This document shows positions 1-9,000 of a DNA stretch of 40,347 bases, piece after piece. Origin of the DNA: a virus. Its lineage: Duplodnaviria; Caudoviricetes. The notes beneath the pieces were generated by a model that was not told the DNA's origin, did no database searches, and saw only the letters and a program-made list of their open reading frames with translations. The stretch's first letter is position 1, and every line of letters starts with the position of its first letter. The stretch covers positions 1 through 40,347 of the IMG/VR virus record IMGVR_UViG_3300012940_000049; one strand, 5' to 3'. The position numbers were made by a program, and so were the translations under genes.

Positions 1-267
1 AAGGGCAAGGCTGCGCCCAAGGCCAAGGCGGCGCCGAAGGCCAAGGCTCCTACCGATCGCAGCGGGTGGTCCCGTGCTCCGCGCTTCGCGGAGGATCAGA
101 CGATCACGCTTCTGGTTGACGAGAACCCGAAGCGGAACCGCGGCGGCGCCAAGGAGCGCTTCGCGCTCTACCGCACGGGGATGCGCGTGGCGGAGTATCT
201 GACCAGCGGCGGACTCCGTAGCGATCTGATCGTGGACACGGCCAAGGGCTACATCTCTATCGCGTAG
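1..267 (+). CDS. 5'-truncated protein with Lys/Ala/Pro-rich (AAPKAK) histone-like repeats and a compact C-terminal domain; possible DNA-binding protein
   Basis: Frame 1 is open from base 1 to TAG at 265-267: KGKAAPKAKAAPKAKAP...ENPKRNRGGAKERFALYRTGMRVAEYLTSGGLRSDLIVDTAKGYISIA. It is absent from the ORF track because the start lies outside the window. Confidence 0.75.
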   Translation, partial: KGKAAPKAKAAPKAKAPTDRSGWSRAPRFAEDQTITLLVDENPKRNRGGAKERFALYRTGMRVAEYLTSGGLRSDLIVDTAKGYISIA

Positions 268-290
268 CCGCTCCGCGCTCCGCACGCTCA

Positions 291-330
291 AGGGCTCCAC
301 GGTCTAGGCCGTGGGGCCCTTTTTCGTTTT
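291..330 (+). terminator. Rho-independent terminator
   Basis: Stem agggctccacggt / gccgtggggccct with a ctag loop, followed by ttttcgtttt, directly after the ORF stop. Confidence 0.85.
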
Positions 331-486
331 GCATCTGACACGCCCCGCCGGGATCGTCGGGCCAGTGATTCCGCCGCCGACTACCCCGCATCGTCTACCA
401 CGTAACTACCACGCTAATGCGTATGCTTCCGCTTGCGTGCTGCGCACTACATCCTCCGCCCGTCCACGGAACACGGAGGTACGCTG

Positions 487-798
487 ATGGCTGCCACCAC
501 CACCACCACCACCACCACCACCAAGCGCTGCGCGCATTGTCGCAAGGAGTACCCGGCAAAGCCGAAGTCGGAGGGCGGCGGCTACTACCGGGATCGCTCA
601 CAGCCTGACGGGCTGTATCGAGACTGCGTGACGTGCGTGCTGCGCTGGCGGCAGGCCATCGACATCCGCCGCGAAACGAATCGGGTGGTGGCGCTGCGGG
701 AGCAGCTGGAGGCGGCGCAGAGAGAGCACGCGCGGGCCCTGCTCCAGCTGCGCAAGCGGATCGCCCGACTCAAGCGGATGGAGCGCGATGGCGCTTAG
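487..798 (+). CDS. Zn-finger protein (CxxC...DG..xxCxxC) with N-terminal poly-Thr and C-terminal coiled coil
   Basis: GGAGG RBS precedes ATG 487. KRCAHC...YYRDRSQPDGLYRDCVTC resembles the N-terminal Zn finger of phage HNH/EndoVII-type proteins. Confidence 0.7.
   Translation: MAATTTTTTTTTKRCAHCRKEYPAKPKSEGGGYYRDRSQPDGLYRDCVTCVLRWRQAIDIRRETNRVVALREQLEAAQREHARALLQLRKRIARLKRMERDGA
496..522 (+). repeat. (ACC)9 trinucleotide repeat encoding poly-Thr
   Basis: Read directly from the sequence. Confidence 0.95.
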
Positions 799-837
799 TC
801 GGTAGGGCTTGACGTCCTACCGACTAAGCCCTAGAGT
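793..837 (+). promoter_or_regulatory. sigma70-like promoter TTGACG-N17-TAGAGT inside a 14-bp perfect inverted repeat
   Basis: -35 at 809-814 and -10 at 832-837; arms gcttagtcggtagg (793-806) and cctaccgactaagc (816-829). Confidence 0.75.
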
Positions 838-885
838 TCTACTCACTGACGCGGAGCACGGCGCACGGCGCCGGAGGGTACGAAG

Positions 886-1083
886 ATGGCGGCTGGCGAA
901 ACCTGGATTCTCTCTGGCGACACCTACCCCCACCGGGACGAGATCAAGGCGATCGGCGGGACGTGGGACAAGGCGCGCAAGGCGTGGATCGTCCGCGCGG
1001 GCACCATGCGCCAGCGCGCGGGGCAGAGTGCTACGATCCACCGGCTGCGGCAGGCTGGTGTCAAGGTGGAGATCGCCCGCTGA
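886..1083 (+). CDS. small protein, DUF5710-like (TYPxxDxIKAxGxxWDxxxKAW)
   Basis: GGAGG RBS; motif GDTYPHRDEIKAIGGTWDKARKAW. Confidence 0.7.
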   Translation: MAAGETWILSGDTYPHRDEIKAIGGTWDKARKAWIVRAGTMRQRAGQSATIHRLRQAGVKVEIAR

Positions 1084-1088
1084 AAAGT

Positions 1089-1120
1089 GGCCCCGCCCCC
1101 AAATAAGACCGGGCGGGGCC
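1089..1120 (+). terminator. GC-rich hairpin after the 886-1083 gene (possible terminator; no U-tract)
   Basis: ggccccgccc (1089-1098) pairs with gggcggggcc (1111-1120). Confidence 0.4.
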
Positions 1121-1170
1121 TAGTGAGTTAGCCGGTAGCGCTTGACGGCTACCGGCTAACTCACTAGGCT
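1118..1170 (+). promoter_or_regulatory. sigma70-like promoter TTGACG-N17-TAGGCT inside a 22-bp perfect inverted repeat
   Basis: -35 at 1142-1147 and -10 at 1165-1170; arms 1118-1139 and 1148-1169. Confidence 0.78.
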
Positions 1171-1219
1171 CTAACCATCACCCGGCGGCGCTGCCGCCTC
1201 ACTCCGAAAGGATCGTCCG

Positions 1220-1573
1220 ATGATCGCCACCGTCCCCGCCACCGTCCCCGCCGTCGCCACCACCCCCGCCACCGCCACCGCTCCCGCCGCCAATACCGAT
1301 CGCCCGATCGTCGCCGTCACCGGCCGCTATACGGAGGTGTACGATCGCGCCGCGTACGATGCTGCGTATGCGCTGGCGCGCGGCGACTACCAGCGCAACG
1401 TGCTGAACGGCACCGAGGCGCTGTCTGGCGCCACGCTGCGCGGCGCTGCTCGGCGCTACGGCGCCGTGTACGCCAACAGCCGCCGCAGCCTGATCGCCCG
1501 CTGCCGTGCGGCGGGGGTCGTCATCGGTGAGCGCCGCGGGGCGCACGGGCGCCGCATCCTCACCATCGGCTAA
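1220..1573 (+). CDS. hypothetical early protein with Thr/Pro/Ala-rich N-terminus
   Basis: AAGGA RBS; downstream of a promoter; high-GC3 codon usage. Confidence 0.7.
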   Translation: MIATVPATVPAVATTPATATAPAANTDRPIVAVTGRYTEVYDRAAYDAAYALARGDYQRNVLNGTEALSGATLRGAARRYGAVYANSRRSLIARCRAAGVVIGERRGAHGRRILTIG

Positions 1574-1581
1574 CGGCTAAC

Positions 1582-1627
1582 TTGCACGCTACCGCGTAAC
1601 GTGGTCTAACCGGATTACGCGGTAGCG
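1582..1627 (+). promoter_or_regulatory. probable promoter (TTGCAC -35, weak -10) overlapping a 13-bp inverted repeat
   Basis: cgctaccgcgtaa (1587-1599) pairs with ttacgcggtagcg (1615-1627); the CTACC-N3-TAA element follows the -35 box, as in the two upstream promoters. Confidence 0.5.
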
Positions 1628-1679
1628 ATTCCCGCCCGGCAGCTAGGTTCCGGGCGCCAGATTCCAAGGAGAAACGGAC

Positions 1680-2462
1680 ATGGCTACGACGGTTCACTTC
1701 AAGAAGGCCGATAGCTTCGATGCAGCGTGCGGGCAGAAGCAGAAGTTCGCCACGGTCTACAAGTCGGAAGACGGCGCCCACGCATGGGCGGGGATCAACG
1801 TCACCACCTACGCGCTGAAGGTTTCCTGCAAGCGCTGCCAGCGCTCCCCCGCCTTCGCGGAGCAGCGGGAGCGCGAGGTTGCCCGGGGCGCGGAGAAGCT
1901 GGCAGAGAAGCGCGAGGAAGCCGCCCGCTACGCGGCAGAGGATGCGGAGCGTACGAACACCCTGCGCCGCGTTCACGGCGCTACGCCCGCGGAGTTCGAA
2001 GCGGCGGGGGTGAAGCTGGAGCGGATCGACTACGCCAGCGAACCGGCTTCGGAGTACCAGCGCCGGATCAAGTCGCGCCTCCCCGTCTACCCGCCGCGCT
2101 ACGCGGTAGGCGAATGGGCGTACAACCCGATCGCCAACCAGAACCAGCGCGTTGTGTACGTCGCGTGGGACGCTTCCGGTTTCGACATGCCGGAATGGCG
2201 GTACAGCCTCCCGGGCTACAGCGCTCGCGCGCTCATGGGGCCGCGCGACGGGGCGCCGTACGTGGAGCATCGGAAGGTTGCGCCGGATACGTGGGCGCCC
2301 ATCCCGCCGAACGATCCCGCCCACCCGGCTAGCCGCTTCAACCCGAACCGCGTAGCCGCGTGCGACAACTGCGGGAATGCGGGCTGCATCCGCTGCGCTC
2401 CTACGATGGAGGAATGCGCAACGCATATGCGCCCCGGCTGCATCCCCTGCGCGATGGTCTAA
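1680..2462 (+). CDS. hypothetical protein with N- and C-terminal Cys/His Zn-binding motifs
   Basis: AAGGAG RBS; H...ACG...VSCKRC at the N-terminus and CDNC/CIRC/CIPC at the C-terminus. Confidence 0.75.
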   Translation: MATTVHFKKADSFDAACGQKQKFATVYKSEDGAHAWAGINVTTYALKVSCKRCQRSPAFAEQREREVARGAEKLAEKREEAARYAAEDAERTNTLRRVHGATPAEFEAAGVKLERIDYASEPASEYQRRIKSRLPVYPPRYAVGEWAYNPIANQNQRVVYVAWDASGFDMPEWRYSLPGYSARALMGPRDGAPYVEHRKVAPDTWAPIPPNDPAHPASRFNPNRVAACDNCGNAGCIRCAPTMEECATHMRPGCIPCAMV

Positions 2463-2532
2463 GTCGGTAGTCTTTCGGGCGCGGAACCTAGCTTCCGCGG
2501 GGTGAAAAGGCGCGCGCGGGGAGGGTCCGACG

Positions 2533-2757
2533 ATGACACAGGCGGAGTGGGCGGTGATGCTGGCGCAGCTGGCGGAGATGGAGCGCAGGAGCCAGCCCTA
2601 CCGCCTGACGATCCAGTGCGGGAGCGCTGACACGTACAGCCAGCACGCGCTGCTGTGGGCCACGCGGCTGCGCGTCGGGCTCATCGATGAGCGCACCCGC
2701 AGACACGTGGCTGTTCGGGTGGAGGATATTACGTACCTACACGTTAGCCGCGAGTAG
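2533..2757 (+). CDS. hypothetical protein
   Basis: GGAGG RBS; ends just before the convergent terminator. Confidence 0.6.
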   Translation: MTQAEWAVMLAQLAEMERRSQPYRLTIQCGSADTYSQHALLWATRLRVGLIDERTRRHVAVRVEDITYLHVSRE

Positions 2758-2761
2758 CCGG

Positions 2762-2808
2762 AAACGACAAAAGGGCCCCACCCTCCGCGTAGGAGAGTGG
2801 GGCCCTTG
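2762..2808 (-). terminator. Rho-independent terminator of the late operon at the convergence point (possibly bidirectional)
   Basis: Minus strand reads aagggccccactctcc-tacgc-ggagggtggggccctt followed by ttgtcgttt; its 3' arm resembles the terminator at 291-330. Confidence 0.8.
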
Positions 2809-2812
2809 GTGT

Positions 2813-3091
2813 CTATGGCTGTTGCTCGGCGCCACCACAGCGCGCCCACGCGTCCGCCATCCAGCGGTACGCATCCTGCCGCGCCTCCTCTGCGGCTATC
2901 CCGCCGCGCAGGTCCAGGCAGCCCACGAACTCTGGCGGGCAGCCGTCAGCGGGGCCACGCAGCTGGAGCCCCGGCAGATCAGGTGGAGCCGCCAAGCGGC
3001 AGGCCAAGCTGTGCTCCGGTGGGATCGTCACCACGCGGGGAGAGCGTGCGCAGCAGCCGCTCGCGCACAACAGCAGGATCACGGATCGCAC
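2813..3091 (-). CDS. o-spanin (Rz1-like) lipoprotein
   Basis: GTG start at 3091 with GGAGG RBS; MRSVILLLCASG-C lipobox-like signal; Pro-rich with several Cys; overlaps the 3' end of the i-spanin-like gene. Confidence 0.65.
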   Translation of the reverse strand: MRSVILLLCASGCCARSPRVVTIPPEHSLACRLAAPPDLPGLQLRGPADGCPPEFVGCLDLRGGIAAEEARQDAYRWMADAWARCGGAEQQP

Positions 3092-3320
3092 GCAATTCCT
3101 CCCGCGCCGTGTCGAGCATCCGATCACGCGCGCTGATAGCATCCTCCAGGTACGCCACGTCAGCGCGGTGGACGCGGCGAGCGCCATCAAGCGTAGCGAG
3201 CGCAGCATCCCGAGCGGCTTCCGCCGTCTCGCGTCCGCGCTGCTCCGCACGCCTACGGATCTCCTGCACCACAACGAGTGCGGCGAGGATCACCACGGCG
3301 CCGATCAATGCGGTAGCCAT
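2979..3320 (-). CDS. i-spanin (Rz-like) inner-membrane protein
   Basis: Single N-terminal TM helix followed by an Arg/Ala/Glu coiled coil; directly follows the holin. Confidence 0.65.
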   Translation of the reverse strand: MATALIGAVVILAALVVVQEIRRRAEQRGRETAEAARDAALATLDGARRVHRADVAYLEDAISARDRMLDTAREELRAIRDPAVVRERLLRTLSPRGDDPTGAQLGLPLGGST

Positions 3321-3679
3321 TAGCCACCCACCTCTGGCGCGTTACCCTGCCCTAGATTCTTCGCGCCCGAATGCATGCCGATGGCGAGCACCAGCGCGGT
3401 GATCGCCTGCGACACCACGGCGGCGATGCTGCCGCCATCGATGAGCGCCTGGAGTACGGAGAGGGCCACGGCGGAGACAGCGGCCACTACCAGCTTGCCG
3501 ACGCGTGTATCAAGCCACGGCAGCACGGTGGCGCCGCCGATACGGGTGAGAAGCGTGGTGATAACCACCACGCACAAGGCAACGAGCGGAGCCCACTGGG
3601 CCTGCGCCCACAGAGATCCGGCCAGCTGGATCAATTCCTCCAGGTTGCCGGGGTCCACAGCCATCACGATCGCAAGCAT
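3320..3679 (-). CDS. holin-like multi-pass membrane protein
   Basis: About 3 hydrophobic segments; lies between the endolysin and spanins. Confidence 0.65.
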   Translation of the reverse strand: MLAIVMAVDPGNLEELIQLAGSLWAQAQWAPLVALCVVVITTLLTRIGGATVLPWLDTRVGKLVVAAVSAVALSVLQALIDGGSIAAVVSQAITALVLAIGMHSGAKNLGQGNAPEVGG

Positions 3680-3680
3680 G

Positions 3681-4118
3681 CTACCTCCTCATGTTTTGGA
3701 CGAAGTGCATCAGCCGCGCAACGTCGCCGTGATAACCGGGGCGGCTAATCCCGTAGTGCATCACGTTTTGATCCGGCTCCCAGATCGCCTGGTCATACTG
3801 CAGCCCGAGTCGCGCAACGCGGCGCCACATATCCTCTACGCTGATCTCCGCGGGATCTACCGGCCGCACGTCAGCAGCACAGCCGAAGCGGTGCGCCGAC
3901 TCCGGTACTCCGCCGCTGGCGCGGTTCACTTCCACGCTGCGGTATCCACCATTCCTGGTGATCAGCAGCCCACGACGCGGGCAACAGTGGTAACGGATAA
4001 CCTCCAGGTGTTCGGCCAGGCGGCGCATGTTTCGGATCTCGCCCGCCTGCGCCACGTTGGGGAACGGCTTGTCAGTAACGAGGAATTCGGCAAGCGTGTA
4101 ATGCTCGGTAAGCTGCAT
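3681..4118 (-). CDS. endolysin, peptidase M15 family Zn endopeptidase
   Basis: MQLTEHYTLAEF...GYRSVEVNRASGGVPESAHRFGCAADV...MHYG carries the M15 Zn ligands H, D, H. Confidence 0.9.
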   Translation of the reverse strand: MQLTEHYTLAEFLVTDKPFPNVAQAGEIRNMRRLAEHLEVIRYHCCPRRGLLITRNGGYRSVEVNRASGGVPESAHRFGCAADVRPVDPAEISVEDMWRRVARLGLQYDQAIWEPDQNVMHYGISRPGYHGDVARLMHFVQNMRR

Positions 4119-4121
4119 GGG

Positions 4122-5996
4122 TTACTCCGCCACCGTGATGGTGATCACAACAGACTCCGGGTTTTTACCGGCGAACGCATCGCCAAAGAAGTGCAGCCGT
4201 AGCGTAGAGGCTGTTTTCGCAGAGTAGTAGGAGAAGAAGCAGATCCCACCACCAGGCGTGGCGGGACCGTTCGCCACCGCTACCGCGTAATACTGTAGAG
4301 GGAGAGCGGCATCGAACTTGAGATCCATCTGGCCTACTGATGGGTTCGTTGCTGCACCTGGAAACACGCCGAGTGGATCGTCCACGTTCATCAACTCCCA
4401 CCCGCCAGCGCCGTCCCACTCGTAATACGCACGTAGGATCTTGGGCGGTGCGGGAGCGCTCCACAACGCGTCCAACCGTTCCTTGTCGGCTGGCTCCATG
4501 AATCCGCTTAGCCCGCCAATGCCGTTCACGCTAGGTATTACGGATGCGTGCAGCTTGCCGCCGTCCTGATCGCCGTGCGCGTGCACGTGATCCGATCGCG
4601 CCAGAGTAGAGGCTACGCCCGCCAAGTTGTTTTTGCCGACCTGTACCGGCGTGCCCGTGGAGACAGCGTGCGTGTGGTCCTGGCGCGCGGCGTTCCCGCT
4701 AGATCCTGCTGCGCCAGCCGCGGCGCTCACGGTGGGCGGGGCTGCCGTAGCCAGCTGCGTGGCCGTAGCGCCTACTGCGATGCCGTCCAGCTTGGCCTTG
4801 TCGGCTCCCGTCATGTAGCCAGCCAGGCCGTTGGGCTGCGCCACGCTGTGATCGTGTGACGCGGGCGCGGCACCTACGTCGCTAGGGGCTACGGTCCCGA
4901 GTCCGATCGCGATCGTAGAATCCGCAGCAGAGTCAACTACCGTGATCTTCGCATCGGCGGCCTTGACACCACGGAACCGCAGCGTTCCACCGCTCTTATC
5001 ACGCCACACGCCAACACCTACAGTGTTAGCATTGGCAGCGGCATTCACCTCTGCGCCGCTTGCGATGCCGTCCAGCTTGGCCTTGTCGGTGCCCGACATG
5101 AACCCGGCCGCGCCGCCCGACACAGCCACCGCATGCAGCGCTCCGCCCGCCTGGTTGCCGTGCGAATGCACGTGGTCAGCGCGTGACAGAGACGCGCTAC
5201 TGCCCGCCGCGTTGGCGGTGCCGACAGCCACGGGCGCGGCCACCGCCACGTTGTGCGCGTGGTCCGCGCGGGCAGCCTCCACGCTCGCGCCAGCCGCCGC
5301 GACCTGCACCTTGGCGTCGGGCGGCGGGGTGTTGGTGAGCACGACGGACGGCGCGCCACCACCGCCAGTTCCCCCGGACTCCAGATTGACTATCCGTGTT
5401 TCGTGATTGTTGACCCCGCTTTGCAGCGTGCCCACGGTTGACTGCAGCGCCGCCACGGTGCCGAGCGCGGACGCGGCATCTGACGCAGCATCCGCCGCCT
5501 GCGCAGCCGCGGTAGTGGCTGTGTTGTTGGCGGCGGTGGCGGTGGTGCTAGCAGCATTCGCCGCGGCTTGCGCCGTGGTGGCGGCTGCGAGCGCGGACGC
5601 GGCATCGGCCTGCGCCGTAGCCACCGCAGCCTGCGCAGCCACCGCCGTGTTGTTGGCGGCGGTGGCGGTGGTGTTGGCCTGGCCCGCCGTGGTGACGGCC
5701 TGCGTAGCCGCCTCCTGCGCCGCCGTGGCGGTGGTCACGGCGGAGGTGGCGGACGCCTTCGCCGCTGCGGCATCGGCGGCGGCGGCGCTCACCGCGGGGA
5801 CCAGCGGCGCCACGTCCGCCACCACCTGCGCGACGCGTCCATCCAGCGTAGCGAGTAGCGACGCGTGATCGCTGGTGGTGGCGGACACGCCGACAACCAG
5901 ATCGCTTACAGACTTATCGTTATCGAATAGCGTTTGGATCAGATCAACATCTACGTCCTGGTTACGGCGCACCTTGCGCCATTTGATCACAGCCAT
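4122..5996 (-). CDS. tail fibre protein (Ala/Thr coiled coil, HxH repeats, DKAKLDGI repeats, C-terminal receptor-binding domain)
   Basis: ARADHAH/RADHVH/RQDHTH/RSDHVH and GFMSGTDKAKLDGIA motifs typical of phage fibres; last gene of the tail operon. Confidence 0.85.
   Translation of the reverse strand: MAVIKWRKVRRNQDVDVDLIQTLFDNDKSVSDLVVGVSATTSDHASLLATLDGRVAQVVADVAPLVPAVSAAAADAAAAKASATSAVTTATAAQEAATQAVTTAGQANTTATAANNTAVAAQAAVATAQADAASALAAATTAQAAANAASTTATAANNTATTAAAQAADAASDAASALGTVAALQSTVGTLQSGVNNHETRIVNLESGGTGGGGAPSVVLTNTPPPDAKVQVAAAGASVEAARADHAHNVAVAAPVAVGTANAAGSSASLSRADHVHSHGNQAGGALHAVAVSGGAAGFMSGTDKAKLDGIASGAEVNAAANANTVGVGVWRDKSGGTLRFRGVKAADAKITVVDSAADSTIAIGLGTVAPSDVGAAPASHDHSVAQPNGLAGYMTGADKAKLDGIAVGATATQLATAAPPTVSAAAGAAGSSGNAARQDHTHAVSTGTPVQVGKNNLAGVASTLARSDHVHAHGDQDGGKLHASVIPSVNGIGGLSGFMEPADKERLDALWSAPAPPKILRAYYEWDGAGGWELMNVDDPLGVFPGAATNPSVGQMDLKFDAALPLQYYAVAVANGPATPGGGICFFSYYSAKTASTLRLHFFGDAFAGKNPESVVITITVAE
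4776..5089. repeat. 29-bp direct repeat in the tail fibre gene (4776-4804 and 5061-5089)
   Basis: tgcgatgccgtccagcttggccttgtcgg occurs twice; a second 27-bp repeat lies at 5521-5547 and 5647-5673. Confidence 0.9.
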
Positions 5997-6007
5997 AGGT
6001 CTACCCT

Positions 6008-9000
6008 CTAAGCAATCCGCAGCGCGGGCGTGCCGTCAGAGAACTTGAGCGTGGTTGCGTCGGCTAGCCGTAGGTACATGCTGGAGCCGAACGGATAGCG
6101 GCCTGGGAATTCCGCATCCGTGGGCGGGTCCAGATGCGTGCGGCGCACCGTGAATTCGCGGAACGTGCCCACGGCTACTGGCTCCACATCCACTGTGACG
6201 CGCAGCCCTTCGGCCGTAGTTTCTACGGCTACGATCTCCAGGTTTTCGTGGATGTCCCGCTCATCATCATCGATGAGGATCAGATCGCCCACGCGCACGC
6301 CAGCAGCGATGAACTTGGTTCCGCGCAACTCGACTGACGTTGCTAGACCCTCCTTTACGTAGTCCACGATCACGCGGACCCATCCGATGGAGATCGTCCC
6401 GCTACCGGCTCCGCGCGGCGCGAGGAATACGCGGTACGTGGGCATCAGGAATGGGGCGATGCGATCGATCGAATGGCTCCAGCTGACCACGCCGCCAGGC
6501 GCGTTGGCGGCGGTAAGCTGGATCTGATCTCCGATCCACTGATCGAATCCACCTTGATTCGTGTAGGCATCCATCCACAGGCTGCGCGAACCAGTGATCG
6601 CTACCTGGATCTCGATTCGCGCAGCGGTGATCTCCGCATCTTCCGGTATGTCGCCCTCGCTGAAAAACCCACCAACAACTAGCGTAGTGCTACCGCTAAA
6701 GTTGGTAGTGACAAACGGATCATCCGGCGAGTCGCTTAGGATGTAATCGTGGTTAGTCCAGTTGCTCGCGTTGTTCGTGTTGGTGGGGAGCCGCGAAACG
6801 GACGCGCTCACGCTGCCGCCTGACAGCACCACGGCGAGTGCGCCGTCCGCAGCAACGCGCGTCCACCCGCGCCCGTCATCGAGCATCGCGTTGCTGGACG
6901 ATGCCGCCTCACTCTGCTGCATGTCGAGGGCTACGATTCGCACTTGCTTGCTCGCCCACTCTAGCCCGATTTCCTCGGCCATCAGCAGGCGCTGATCGTA
7001 CCCACCATCCGACATGAACCCCGCGAAGTGCGTGGTGCGGAAGAACTCGCCAAGCTCTAGCTCCAGCGCGTACAGCGGCGCGCTGAACGTGACGACGTTT
7101 GCCATTAGATCGTTGTGCGCATAGAGCGCGGGGAAGTTCTCCGTTGCTCCGTTGGCCGATACGATCGCCGTGTTCTTCCACGCGTAGGACGTGGTGCCCT
7201 CAAGCGTCCGCTCCCACCCCGTGATGTTTTCGCGGCGGGTATCGAGGCTGTAGTTACCGACTAACGACGGCCACGTGTACCACTTCAAGTCATTGATCGT
7301 TACCTTGTTCGTTAGCCCGTGGCGCTCGCTGCCGAGCGGCACGCGCTCCTGCCAGCTGTTGCGGATCACGTCCGTAGTAGCATCGTACACAGGGCAGCCA
7401 GGCACGCGGTGGAGCATGTCCCACTGGCTCACGGTGGCGCGGCTAACGTGTAGCTTGGCGTCCGCGCCCCAAAACAAATCCACCTCCCACGACTGCGCCA
7501 ACCGACTAAGGAACTCGGCAGCGTCCACGGAGCCCCACGGAGTAGCGCCGGTTTCGTCGCCGGTAAGCTTGCCCGCCAGGAACTCGTAACCGCTCCAGCT
7601 GTATGAGTTACGCACGCGCTCAAATGATTCGCGGTGGATGACGGCGCGCCCGTCGCCCACCATGTAGCGCGCGCAAATTTCCTCGATGATGGAGGCGGGA
7701 TCGTGCCGCCCGCCCTGTGGATCGGAATCCCATCCGCGGCCCTCTGCACCGTGGGGCCACTGGCAGAGGAGGCGCCCGCTGTTCCAGCTGCCCAGGTCCG
7801 CCATCCACGGCGCGCGCTCGCTGATGCGGTTCGCCGTGTTCTGCTCGCGCACGCGCATGATCACCGCCCACCACGTGCGCGTAACACGTCCAGTGGCGGG
7901 GTCGTCTACCGTGTACGTGAACGGCTTGGAGAAAATGCTAACGTCCAGAAGGCCGTTGTGGTCCGCCGGGAACCTGGTGATCCCGTTGCCCATGATCAGG
8001 CGGATCGTCTTGGGTTCCTCCAAGCTATCCAGCACGCCTAGCCGCCAGTTGTCGGGCGCAATCCCCGCCCGCAGCTGCGCGCCAGTGGTGGTGCCCATGC
8101 ACGCCGTCTGATTCCGCGTAATGCCTAAGCAGTATTCGCGCAGCGTCGCGTTGAAACTTGCAGTACCCTCCTGCCATTTACGCAGTAGGAACGGCCGCAC
8201 CCACTCACCACCGAACGGCACTTCCGCGAACGGATTGTTGTCGTTAGGCACCTGGAAATTTCGCCCGAACGTTTCGTATCCGAGACACGCCGCAACGTCA
8301 GACTTGCTCGGGATGGGGATGAGCCTACCGAGCATGCCTTCCGTGGCATCGATCAGCTGTAGCTCTACGTAATCGGCGGTGATGTTACCGATGCGATCAA
8401 CCTTCCAGATCGGGCCCACACGCCGGTAGAACTGCGGCTGAATCGTGCGGTAGCCCACGCGGATGTCGATGTGCATGCGCAGCCACGCGGGCGACCGAAA
8501 GAGACTATCGAGCGCGCGATCGTTGTTCGCCAAGCGCAGCGTCGCCGTGTTGCGCGCCAGGCCGTATGTGGGCGAGAGACGGCGCGCCGCGTACGAAAAA
8601 TCCAGCACGCGCCCATGCAGCTGGATCTGCTGCGCACCAGCGCCCACGGGACGATCGATGTCGCTGTAGTGGTACGTCTCCTCTGCCTGGTCCGTGTCCG
8701 TGGGGCGCACGGTTACGCGCACGTGGAGGAATGGTTCAGACGCAGGCGCGCCATCAGGCGTGCTCACCACGGCGCCGATCGCACCGAGATCAACGGGCGG
8801 CGTACGCCCGCCGAAGTCCACGCCAGCGAACGTGGGGGAGCGCGGTGCGTACTGCCCGCCGCGCGCCGCCACGCCGAAGATCACATCGCGGATCTTCTGC
8901 GCCGCCGCCGCGTCCACCACGCGCCGCTGCATGTCGCTACGCAACTTGTTGGTTGCGCTTGTGAGCGCGGCCACGCCAGCGATAGGCCGCACAACGGCGG

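Noticed and set aside
395-608. ORFs encoding poly-His (417-608 +) and poly-Trp (395-601 -)
   Set aside because: These are alternative readings of the (ACC)9 tract. Only the poly-Thr frame has an RBS and a sensible Zn-finger product.
793-1627. Palindromic repeats as a possible CRISPR array
   Set aside because: The units differ in sequence and are separated by whole genes rather than 30-40 nt spacers; no cas operon is present.
4122-5996. Diversity-generating retroelement or invertible fibre cassette
   Set aside because: No reverse transcriptase, invertase or adenine-specific TR/VR pair was seen; the repeats are in-frame protein repeats.
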